From positions 18,600,001-18,664,000 of the forward strand of contig NC_043021.1 in NCBI RefSeq assembly GCF_006345805.1: a stretch of 64,000 nucleotides of DNA. Direction: 5' to 3'. The notes beneath the pieces are model-generated. The model did not search any database. It was not told the DNA's origin and saw nothing but the letters and a program-made list of their open reading frames with translations. Source of the stretch: Octopus sinensis (lineage: Eukaryota). Below are positions 12,045-23,220 of the stretch, piece by piece; the stretch's first letter is position 1, and each line of letters begins with the position of its first letter. The translations under genes and the position numbers were made by a program.

Positions 12045-12291
12045 AGCATCAAAGTGTACGTTTATCATTAAAATTTTATCACATAATCTATATTGTGAAC
12101 ACTAAGGATTATTTTCCTCATTTGTTCCTCCAAACACTACAAAATCTAGCTTAGAAAACCCGCACTGGATAGGTACGTCCCTAAAACAACCCCACACAAA
12201 CATACACATTAACCCTATGACTTCACCACTGCTGCAACTGCCACACATACACTTCACACTACCCCAGTGAAACATTAAACAAGTTTCTCAC

Positions 12292-12372
12292 CTCCAAGTG
12301 GTCCCTGCAACAAATCTATAGCTTCCTGCCACTTCTCCAATTCTTTCAATATAATCAGATAAAGGTGAATCT
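12292..12372 (-). CDS. NAA25: NAA25 exon 6 (EIHLYLIILKELEKWQEAIDLLQGPLG)
   Basis: 81 nt, pyrimidine tract + CAG, donor GTGAGA; phase 1/1 consistent. Confidence 0.95.
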
Positions 12373-12730
12373 CTGAGGGAGGAGAAAGAAAGAAAGAAAG
12401 AATATAGTGGAAATGTTTAGAAAGATAAGGAACAAATGTGAGAGTAAATGAGAGAGTGTATGTATATATGGTGTGTGTGTGTGTGTATACTTTTATTTTT
12501 TTATTTATTTCAGTCATTTGACTGTGACCATGCTGGAGTACCGCATTGAAGGGTTTTTTTGTCGAATGAATTGACCCCAGGACTTTTTTTTAAAGCCTGG
12601 TACTTATTCTATCAGTCTCTTTTGTTGAACTGCTAAGCTACGGGTATGTAAACACACCAACACTGGTTGTCAAGCAGTGATGGGGGGACAAACAGACACA
12701 AACACACACACATATATATATATATGAATG

Positions 12731-12778
<48 letters not shown>

Positions 12779-13082
12779 GAGGCACAATGGCCCAGTGGTT
12801 AGGGCAGTGGACTCGCGGTCGTAGGGTCGCGGTTTCGATTCCCAGACCGGGCGTTGTGTGTGTTTATTGAGCGAAGACACCTAAAAAGCTCCACGAGGCT
12901 CCGGCAGGGGGTGGTGATCCCTGTTGCACTCTTTCACCACTCCTCCTCTCACTCTTTCTTCTGTTGGCCTGCTCGCTTAGCCAGTGGGGTGGCGTCATTC
13001 GAAGGCTAAAACAATGCGAACGCATTGTGACCAGCGATGTCTAGCAACATCTGATGATCTGGTCGGTCACGTGATCACGTGA
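12779..13082 (+). mobile_element. tRNA-derived SINE family D inserted within a family A SINE microsatellite
   Basis: A-box TGGCCCAGTGGTTAGG, B-box GGTTTCGATTCCC, tail GGTCACGTGATCACGTGAT; related pieces near 440-722 and 50490-50672. Confidence 0.75.
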
Positions 13083-13347
13083 TATATATATATATATATA
13101 TTTTTTTTCTCTCCTTGTTTTTTTCTGTGTATCTTTCTGTCGAAGAGTGTAGGCTCGAAACGTAAAAAGACTTTTTCTATTTCTATTCCAGAGTGCTATC
13201 CTAATACATTTGTTTGTTTGTACTCCACCTGCCCTCATCTTTTGTTTATTTTCGTAAATATATGTGCATGTGACAGTGAGGAACTAAAGATGTATACAGT
13301 GGGAGGTGGTGGTGGTGCGTAACAACAATAAAAGCAACAAACACTAC

Positions 13348-13453
13348 CTGCTTCAGCTTCAATTTTGTCTTCTTTGATATACTTTAAAGTCATCCGTTCT
13401 GCCAGAGGAAGATAGAGTGACTTGGCCTGTTGTCTGTCTTCAGCTGTGTGGGC
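13348..13453 (-). CDS. NAA25: NAA25 exon 5 (AHTAEDRQQAKSLYLPLAERMTLKYIKEDKIEAEA)
   Basis: 106 nt, CAG/GTAGTG; LPLAERM..KEDKIEAEA motif. Confidence 0.96.
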
Positions 13454-13938
13454 CTGGATGGGAGAGAACACACACATATATATATATATATACACACACA
13501 CACAATGGTTAAACAACAATCTACATACATACGGCCAGAGAGAGAGAGAGAAACATACATAAGTGCAGGCATGGCTGTGTGGTAAGAAGTATGCTTCTCA
13601 ACCACATGGTTCCAGGTTCAGTCCCACTGCATGGCACCTTGGGTAAGTGTCTTCTACTATAGCCTCAAACCGACCAAAGCCTTCTGAGTGGATTTAGTAA
13701 AATGGAAACTGAAAGAAGCCTGTCATATATGTGTGTGTATGTGTTTGTCCCCCCATCACTGCTTGACAATGTGTTGGTTTGTTTATGTCCTCATAACTTA
13801 GTGGTTTGGCACAAGAGACAAAAGATAACAGACAGGGTTTAAAAACATATGTATTGACTAAAACCCTTCAAGGCGGTGCCCCAGCATGGCTGCAGTCCAA
13901 TGATTGAAACAGGTAACAGATAAAAGATACATATAGAC

Positions 13939-14367
13939 TAGTGCTTTGCAACCAGTATGCTGCGGCACACTGGTGTGCCATGAGACGATGCTAGGTGTGC
14001 CGCAGTCATCATCATCATCATTTAATGTCCATTTTCCATGCTGGCATGGGTTGGACCAGTGTAACTAAATACAATTTTCTCCCCATACTTTTAGTTATAT
14101 TTTTAGTTCAAGTGTGCAATCAAATGTTGAAAAGAATATAAGTGCATGACAGGTGAAAAAGGGTTATGCTGCAGCACACTGGTGTGCCATAAAACGATGG
14201 TAGGTGTGCTGCAGTCATCATTATTTAATGTCCATTTTCCATGCTGGCATGGGTTGGACCAGTGTAACTAAATACAATTTTTTCCCCATACTTTTAGTTC
14301 AGGTGTGCAACCAAATGTTGAAAAGAATGTAAGTGCACGACAGGTGAAAAATGGTTGCAGAGCACTG
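13939..14367. mobile_element. hAT-like MITE with internal ~200 bp tandem duplication
   Basis: Ends TAGTGCTTTGCAACCA / TGGTTGCAGAGCACTG; TSD ATATAGAC/ATATTGAC (7/8). Confidence 0.65.
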
Positions 14368-14413
14368 ATATTGACACACATACACACACATACGGAGAGG
14401 GTAACTAACCTAC

Positions 14414-14610
14414 CTGCATGACAATACTCATCACTGCCCAGAAGTAATAAGGGTTCTTGGTGGGTTTCAACTTGTGAAGGAGCATTGCTGTTTGATGCTG
14501 TTTTTTGTAATATCCTAGTCGGACGTAAGACATGAACAGGGCTGATAGAATCTCTTCACTGTCTGGCCGGGCTTTGTATGCGTTCTCGTACATGTTGGCA
14601 ATCAGATCAA
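14414..14610 (-). CDS. NAA25: NAA25 exon 4 (FDLIANMYENAYK...KNPYYFWAVMSIVMQ)
   Basis: 197 nt, CAG/GTAGGT; contains the diagnostic KNPYYFWxVMS motif. Confidence 0.97.
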
Positions 14611-14728
14611 CTGTGGGGAAACGAACAAGAAAAGCACAAAAATGGAGATGGAAAAGAATGCAGGAAAGGAGTGTGTGTGTGTGAGTGTGTGTGAGGAGTT
14701 AAGGCTTTTGAAAGATAACAGGGGTTAA

Positions 14729-15082
14729 CATTATTTACACTTGACAGATATTTATCCTCATCTTCTTTATTGTTAACATAACATTTCGGCTGAGATACCC
14801 TCCAGCCTTCATCAGGTGTCTTGGGGAAATTTCGGACCTGGTTCTCATTCCTAAGGTATTTTTCAATGTTGTTATTATTATTATCATTATTATTATTATT
14901 ATTATTATTGAGTGAGAGAGCAGTTCATGCCATCAAAGTGACACTGGGGTAAAATATACGAAGCCCAATATACCCATCATGACTACCCGTCTGATAAGGG
15001 TACACCAGGCACATGCATCACAACCATATGTGCGCGACATGATCTCATATCAAGATAAACAGCGCATAACCTTGCAGGTGGG

Positions 15083-15129
<47 letters not shown>

Positions 15130-15294
15130 GAGTGAGAGAGCAGTGCATGCCATCAAAGTGACACTGGGGTTAAATTACGAAGCCCAATACCCATCATGAC
15201 TACCCGTCTGATAAGGGTCAGGCATGCATCACAAAATATGTGCGCGACATGATCTCATATCAAGATAAACAGAGCATAACTTGCAGGTGGGATA

Positions 15295-15325
<31 letters not shown>

Positions 15326-15787
15326 GAGTGAGAGAGCAGTGCATGCCATCAAAGTGACACTGGGGTAAAATATACGAAGCCCAATATACCCATCATGACT
15401 ACCCGTCTGATAAGGGTACACCAGGCATCACAACCATATGTGCGCGACATGGTGATCTCATATCAAGGTAAACAGCGCATGACCTTGCAGGTGGGGCTCA
15501 ATTAGAATTTTCTTTTGGTCAAATTATTGTTATTATTATTATTATCATTCAGGTCACTGTCTGGAATCGAACTCGAAATCTTGATTCGAAGTTCAATTCC
15601 AGGCAGTGACCTGAATAATAATAATATCAAAAATACCTTAGGAATGAGAACCCAGATTTGAAATTTCCCTAAGAAGGCTGGAGGGTATATCAGCCAAAAT
15701 GTTGTGTTAACAACAAATACGATGAGGACAAATATCTGTCGAATGAAAATAATGTACATAATTCCTCATCTCTTAAGTATAGAACTG
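14729..15787. mobile_element. Fold-back element with degenerate hammerhead and B-box, 12 bp TSD
   Basis: Direct repeat AACAGGGGTTAA at 14717-14728 and 15788-15799; arms 14729-14885 and about 15610-15755 are inverted; palindromic centre 15546-15615. Confidence 0.65.
14910..15523. repeat. Three tandem ~170-200 bp units separated by (TTA)n
   Basis: GAGTGAGAGAGCAG...CCTTGCAGGTGGG starting at 14910, 15130 and 15326, each preceded by a TTA run. Confidence 0.8.
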
Positions 15788-16972
15788 AACAGGGGTTAAG
15801 GCAGTGATCCAGCTTCACAACTAATTTACCAACTCCCTAATTATTGTTCTCTTAAGCCCTCAATGATATATGGGGAGCAACAGATAAAAGGTTAAAACTA
15901 GATTGCTAATGCAATAACAATAAAATGAAGGGTGGTGTGATGGGGCAATGGAGAGAGAATGAGGATATTTTATTGACTTTACAAGGCAGGACTTCTGAAA
16001 TACATAGTGAGGTGTAGAGGGGCTGAGAAAAGAGAAGGGGGCAAATATATTGGTTTGTAAGGAAAAATTTCTAAAATACAGGGAGGTGTGGTACAAAATA
16101 AACAGAAAGGGGCCAGTAAATTAAAGACAAGCAAGAAACAGGAGTTTTTAACAGTTTTGATGCCAACCCCCTTGAAACTGCCCCTTATTCTTTGAGAGAA
16201 GCTCCCTGTTTTACAGTGATCTAAATTAATACCTATTTCTTTACTACCCACAAGGGGACAAACAAGGACAGACAAACGGATTAAGTCGATTACATCGACC
16301 CCTAGTGCGCAACTGGTACTTAATTTATCGACCCCGAAAGGATGAAGGGCAAAGTCAACCTCGGTGGAATTTGAACTCAGAACGTAACGGTAGACGAAAT
16401 ACGGCTACGCATTTCGCCCGGTGTGCTAACGATTCTGCCAGCTCGCCGCCCTAATTAATTAATACCTTTTCCCATTCAAATTTCGGGTTGATTTATGTTC
16501 GAAACATCAGCTTAATAATGATAAAATTATTTTAGTAAATTCTTCATTATTTTCAAAATTAATTGGAAACGAAGGCTGTTTACTTCAACAAGAACATGGT
16601 AACAGAAGGGTTAAATATTAAAATTAGTTTAAAAAAGGGGTTTGAGATGGAGAACAATAAGGGAGACTGTAAAAAGAGGAATTTAGAAATCATCATTTAA
16701 CATCTGTTTTCCATGCTGGTCGAATGGGTTAAGAGGAGCTGGCAAGGCCAGGATCCACACCAAGCTCTGTTGTCCATTTTGACATGGTGCCTACAGCTGG
16801 ATGCTCTTCCTAACACCTACCACTTTACAAAGTGTACTGAATGCTTTTTACATGGCACCAGCACCATATACATATCAGAGATAAGAAAGGGCAAACAGGG
16901 ATATTTTAAATTCTTTGACAACAAAAGGGAGGATTGGTTTATGAAAAGAGATGGCCCATAGGCCGAACTTAC

Positions 16973-17111
16973 ATTGGTGAGTCTCTCGGTAACAAATCAA
17001 CATGCCTTGAAGTGTGGCTTCGTCTGTCGGCTGCAGAGAGTGAACTTCTTGTAATATACAGGAACTTTCATCATCCCGGCCAAGATGGAGCAGTGCCAGT
17101 GCCTTTAATAC
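16973..17111 (-). CDS. NAA25: NAA25 exon 3 (VLKALALLHLGRDDESSCILQEVHSLQPTDEATLQGMLICYRETHQ)
   Basis: CAG acceptor, GTAAGT donor, 139 nt, frame-consistent; TPR-like region similar to vertebrate VLKAIGLQRTG..EPTD. Confidence 0.96.
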
Positions 17112-17979
17112 CTGCCAGCAGAAGAAATCCAAGCAAATAGCATCATCATCATCATCATTATAGTACCACCACTGTGTGTGTGTGTGTGTTTCTTGTATTT
17201 GTACAAGGATGCAGATATGTAGGGCAGAGTCATAATTGATGTAATCAATTAGTAATATATTACTGGTACTATTTTAATCCCTGCCCACAAAAGGCTGCTG
17301 CATTTTAAATATTGTTTCCCCTCCTCCATACAGACATCATCATCATCATTTAATGCCTGCCTGCCATGTGCTGGCGTGGGTCGGATGGTCTGACCGGATC
17401 CAATGAAATGGAGGGGATGCATTGAACCCCAGTGACTGCCTTGGAATGGTTTCTATGGCTTGGTGTCTTTCCTAACGCTAATCTCTTTACAGAATGTAAA
17501 GGGTACCTTTCGTGTGACACTGACACTAGTGAGGTCATCAGGTAATTTGCAAGACAAAGAAAGGCCCCTTGACTAAGTGGGGTCATAGTAAAGAGGGAGC
17601 TAGCTTTATGCCAGGTGTTGAAATGCTTAAAGATGAGAGAAGAACAGGCAATGGTGCTTTGATATTGAGGAGGCTACCCTGTATTATATATAAGGGTGGG
17701 TGGATGTAGCTGGAAGGAAGGCAAAGATGGTGACAGTGTCAGAGTGTATAAAACATAATTAGACAACAAACACCACACAAGAGTATTATTCCCCATTTAG
17801 TTCACAAGGTTGTAAAGCAGACTTCCCAGTCACACAGCCATACCCATGTCTATAATATGACATCAAACCGGGAGAAAGATTTTGGTCCCGTTTCAGCAGG
17901 GTGGAGTTCCTTTTTGACTTAAGTAGCAGAGGCATGTTAAAAGTGATGCCACAAGATGAAATGATGGGATCTTTCTTAC

Positions 17980-18065
17980 CTTTGCACATTGGTTATCTCT
18001 CTGTTTTTTGAGCAGCTTATCAGCTTCTTGTACTGCCTTCTTGTTGTTGCCAAGATCCAAACATT
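17980..18065 (-). CDS. NAA25: NAA25 exon 2 (ECLDLGNNKKAVQEADKLLKKQRDNQCAK)
   Basis: tttccag acceptor, GTAAGA donor, 86 nt; LDxGNNKxAxQxADKLLKK motif of NAA25. Confidence 0.96.
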
Positions 18066-18813
18066 CTGGAAAGATAATTCAGCAGAAATATTTACTTATT
18101 CAACCACGATAAGACAACGGAAAAATAAAACTCCCATAACACAGACCATCAGCAAGTGTGGACAGCAGACTGAGTCCCTTTTTTATAACTAGCAAGGGTG
18201 GACAGAGGATAAAGTCCCATACTAACACTAGTAGGTATGGAGAGTAGACCAAATGCCTTACAATGGACCAATAAGTGTGGAGAGTGGTCTAGGAGAAAGC
18301 CCCATAACAATAGCCATCAACATCATCATCATCGTTTAACGTCCGTTCTCCGTGCTAGCATGGGTTGGACGGTTCGACCGGGGATCTGGGAAGCCAGAAG
18401 TCTGCACCAGGCTCCAGTCTGATCTGGCAGTGTTTCTACAGCTGGATGCCCTTCCTAACGCCAACCACTGCGTGAGTGTAGTGGGTGCTTTTTACGTGCC
18501 ACCTGCACAGGTGCCAGGCGAGGCTGGCAACGGCCACGATCGGATTAGTGCATTTTACGTGCCACCGGCACGGAAGCCAGTCAAGGCGGTGCTGGCATCA
18601 GCCACGATTCGGATGGTGCTTTTTACGTGCCACCGGCACAGAAGCCAGTCTAGGCTGCGCTGGCATCGGCCACGATTCGGATGGTGCTTTTTACGTGCCA
18701 CCGGCGCAGGGATCCCAACTGCAGTTTCCATTGATATTGATATTGGTGTACTTGACAACAGTCAGTTATGAATACATCTGATTAAAATGCGGGATATAAG
18801 AGGACCCCAATAT

Positions 18814-19017
18814 TATGCAGAGAGAGGAGACTGCACTGTTATAGGAAAATGATGAGCACGAAGGACATGAGTTGTGTAAAAAAAAGTATCAACTACTTGA
18901 AGTGGTTGGCACTTGTGAAGAGGGAGTCCAAGCAAGACATGGGACAAAATGGTGAAGGCTGATCTCGAGATGTTGAGGCTCACAAAGATTATGAAGAACA
19001 GTAACAAGCAGTGACAC
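18814..19017 (+). mobile_element. RTE-clade LINE 3' fragment (old)
   Basis: Degenerate ..SCVKK..GTC..PSKTWDKMVKADLEMLRL, homologous to the 10620-11097 fragment. Confidence 0.6.
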
Positions 19018-20423
19018 ACAATCAGTTGCAGGGGAAGATCCAGTCACAAGTGCAATAGTGGCCGAAAACACTTGTTTGAATGTAATAGAGATAAAAGCTA
19101 GGATGAGTGATGTTTGAGCTCTTTGCAATTGTATTCCTATTATAGTATGTCCTTGTGTATTTTACTCTTTACTTTTTTACTTGTTTCAGTCATTTGACTG
19201 CGGCCATGCTGGAGCACCACCTTTAGTCGAGCAACTGGACACCGGGACTTATTCTTTGTAAGTCCAGTACTTATTCTATCAGTCTCTTTTGCTGAACCAC
19301 TAAGTGACGGGGACGTAAATACACCAGCATCGGTTGTCAAGCAATGCTAGGGGGACAAACACAGACACACAAACACACACATATATATATATATATATAT
19401 ACATATATACGACAGGCTTCTTTCAGTTTCCGTCTACTAAATCCACTCACAAGGCATTGGTCGGCCCGGGGCTATAGTAGAAGACACTTGCCCAAGATGC
19501 CACGCAGAGGGACTGAACCCGGAACCATGTGGTTGGTTAGCAAGCTACTTACCACAAAGCCACTCCTGCGCCTATTTATTTCTTTATTTTAAAACTTGAT
19601 TTTTAACCGGAGGAAAAAAAAAACAAAACAAAAAAAAACTGGTGGTGGTGACTGGGAGAGGAGGCACGGGGCAAAGCTAAAACTATGAAAGGAAAAAAAA
19701 TTTGTACCAAGATTTAGCACAAAATAAGGGGCGCAACAGAGTAAATCTTCACCTAACCTCTCATTCTATCATCTACACTGTACCCGATCTCCACCCCTGT
19801 ACAGTGTTTCGCCTATCTCACGTAAAAAGCACCATCCGATCGTGGCCGTTTGCCAGCCTCGTCTGGCACGTAAAAAGCACCCACTACACTCACGGAGTGG
19901 TTGGCGTTAGGAAGGGCATCCAGCTGTAGAAACACTGCCAGATCACACTGGAGCCTGGTGCAGCCTTCTGGCTTCCCAGATCCCCGGTTGAACCGGCCAA
20001 CCCATGCCAGCATGGAAAGCGGACGTTAAACGATGATGATGATGATATTCAGTGTTTCCACCATCACCGGTCCCTCATTTTACTTCAGTTCCATCATGAC
20101 ACTGGTCTAATGAAGGTTAGTATCTGTCCATTTTCGGTATCCCCACCCCTACCATCACCCTTCTTTACTGAACCCCATCAATCTCTGTGCCCCCACCCCA
20201 CCCCATCCCACCCCAACCTGACCTCTCACCAACATCTAACCAGCATCATTTACCATCACCCACCTTCATTACTGTTCCAATATGGTATTACTTTAAATTC
20301 AGTTCAAATGAAAAACTTGTAACTTCACAAATTTATTTTGGAGTTCTTTTCAAATTTGAATAGATACGTGTGTGTGTGTGTATATATACATACATACACG
20401 CGTACACACACACACACACATAC

Positions 20424-20461
<38 letters not shown>

Positions 20462-20691
20462 TGAGGCTTTCTTCCAAGGAATCTAATGCGCTTGGCTTAG
20501 ATTTTCCTTTGGGGCTGGCCAGATCGGAGCAATCTCAAGATTAATCAGCCGAAATTGCGAAGATGATCCGGTTCTTGACTGAAGATTGAAGGCTTCGAAT
20601 GTCCCGTCCGTGTTTTTTGTATCGTCTTCTAAATGTTTCGCGTTCTTGTCCCAGTTTGTATTTTTTTACATTTACACACACACACACACAC

Positions 20692-20722
<31 letters not shown>

Positions 20723-20725
<3 letters not shown>

Positions 20726-21000
20726 TTCAGCAAAATTTAGATTCAGATGAATATGGTACTTAAGTCAAAGGCACTAGAATTTTGTATGGTATTATCCATA
20801 TAAATCAAATGGGGTGATTATAATCAAAATAAGCAACAAGGATATCCAAGCTAGAGTAGTACAATCGTTTCATGCAACTTCATTTTATTAAACATGTTTA
20901 ACATTTTATTAACATGTTTATTAAAAGTGTTTAATAAAATGAAGTAACATGAAACAATTGTACTACTCTAGCTTGGATATACTTGTTGCTTATTTTGATT
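20723..21000. mobile_element. (TA)n-embedded fold-back element, copy 2
   Basis: Same AAGTTCAGCAAAATTTAGATTCA leader; ~75 bp inverted arms at about 20819-20894 / 20928-21003. Confidence 0.7.
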
Positions 21001-21858
21001 ATATATATATACATACATGTGTGTATATGTATGTATATATATATATATTTTGACTTTGTGGCTGTGTTTGTCTCCCACCTTTGCTTGATAAATGGTTGGT
21101 GTTGCAGTGTTTACATTCATGTAACTTAGCGGTTTGGTAAAAGAGACCAATAAAAAGTACCAGTCATAAAATAGAAAGAACTGGTGTTGGTTTGTTTGAT
21201 TAAAATTCTTCAAGGCGGTGCCCCAGCATAGCCACAGTCTGATGACTGTAAAAGATAAAAGAACCACTAAATTCCTTAGTAAAACTTAAAGCTCAGAGAG
21301 GTAATTTTTGTACCTCTCACAGTCACTTTATCTGCTAGAAATAGCAACCCAAATGCTTTCAAATCCAATCCCAATGCTGGATGTTCAAGAACCAAATGAA
21401 GGGCAGATTTTCATTCCTGGGGTCATCCCGATTCCAAAAAGTTACATGTTTATGTAGAGCAAATGTGGACTGAAACACAAGGGTTACAGACAGACAGAAT
21501 TTCACTTTTACTAATATAGAGTGGAAATTTGGCTGCTATTTCTAATAGTCTGAGAAACCACATAGAGGTTGGTTCCTTTATGATGATGATTGTACTGGTG
21601 ATGTTTATGGTGATTAACAGTACCAGCTGACTGGTAGAGTTGAACAAGTCCCATGTTCTCTCTGACCACTAATGGACGCAGACTGACCCTCAATTATAGC
21701 CATTAACACCTCCACACACTAACCCCCACCTCCTGATTAAAGAGTCTGCAATGAGACAAGTACACCCGATTAGACACGTCTATTGTTGTTGTAGCCACCC
21801 TGAATAAACAACAATCTACCCAGTAATCAGTGTATAACATTGTGTGTACATCGCCAAC

Positions 21859-21898
<40 letters not shown>

Positions 21899-22349
21899 GT
21901 ACTCAGCTTGACCACCTGGGTACTAATTAGCTTTAACTGTCTAAAATGACCTATCTCTATAACTGGTGGAACAGTTCATTTATTGACTGGAGTAACAAGT
22001 GGAAAAGTCCATTGGTTGGCTGGACTACAGCCTAACTACAAATCCACCACCACCACCACCACCACCACCACCACCACCACATCTGGATGCTATCTTTGGA
22101 GGTTAGTTTAATTTGAAACCAAGATGGTTCTAAACTTTATTTCTGGATTGTACTCACCCCCTCTGCTATCACATCTCCCCCCCCCACCCCGTTCTCCCCC
22201 TCTATGTTCCTCCCCTTCTCAGGCACTAACACCTCTCCCTGTCTCCTCCTCCTACACCTCTCTCTCTCTCTCTCTCTTTCTCTGCCACAGCTCAAGAAAC
22301 CGGATGATGGTACTTGGAGATATAGCTTCAACAGGCAGGAGTGAGACAT

Positions 22350-22381
<32 letters not shown>

Positions 22382-22691
22382 ATGGGGAGGGGTTAGAGTT
22401 GGAGAGAGAGAAGGGGGGGAAGGGTGAAGCAAGCAAAGTGAAAGGAGGGGGAAGACAGAAAGATGAAGAAAGAAAAAAAAAGCACTTGACTACTGGCCCT
22501 TATTAACCCATCCCAAAGAAAGATGGCTGAGTCAAGGCTGTTTTTTTTTTTTTGCAGGCCCTTATCAAGCCTTTGCAGAGGAGTGAGGAGGAAGAGAGAG
22601 AGAGAGAGAGAGAGTGAGTGAGAGAGAGAAAGAGAGAGAGATGAAATCTGCAAGCTGTTATCAGATCAATCCATCCAACAGGCAGTAATAT

Positions 22692-22724
<33 letters not shown>

Positions 22725-22907
22725 ACACACACACACACACACACACGCCAGTAGATTCCATTTGCTAAGAATGTGAGGAAAATAACAGTGTTTTGCATTG
22801 TCAGCCAAAAGTAATAGAAATAATCTAAACCCCCCCCCCCCCGATGGTGGAAGGAAGAGGAAGGAGTTGAACAGAGTGAAGAGATACCCTTTCTTGGGGG
22901 GAGGAGG

Positions 22908-23078
22908 GAGAGAGTGTGTGTGTGTGAGATAGAGAGAGAAAGAGAGAAAGAGTAAGAGTGTGAGTGAGAGAGAGTGTGTGAGACAGAGAGAGAAAGAGTA
23001 AAAGAGTGTGAGTGAGAGAGAGAGAAAGAGTAAAAGAGTGAGTGAGAGAGAGTGTGTGAGACAGAGAGAGAAAGAGTA

Positions 23079-23109
<31 letters not shown>

Positions 23110-23220
23110 AAGAGTGAGTGAGAGAGTGTGTGTGAGACAGAGAGAGAAAGAGTAAAAGAGTGTGAGTGAGAGAGAGTGTGTGAGACAGAGAGAGAAAGAG
23201 TAAAAGAGTGTGAGAGAGAA
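22908..23220. repeat. GA-rich compound repeat with ~42-44 bp higher-order unit
   Basis: Recurrent GAGAAAGAGTAAAAGAGTG..GTGTGTGAGACA blocks. Confidence 0.8.

Noticed and set aside
12779-12852. Possible tRNA gene
   Set aside because: A and B boxes are present, but the acceptor stem does not close, there is no oligo-T terminator, and it continues into a SINE body.
20461-20672. CpG-rich insert between microsatellites with CTGAAGA..GAAG/CTTC-GAA
   Set aside because: Probably another retroelement end, but GAAA and stems I/III could not be assembled into a convincing hammerhead.
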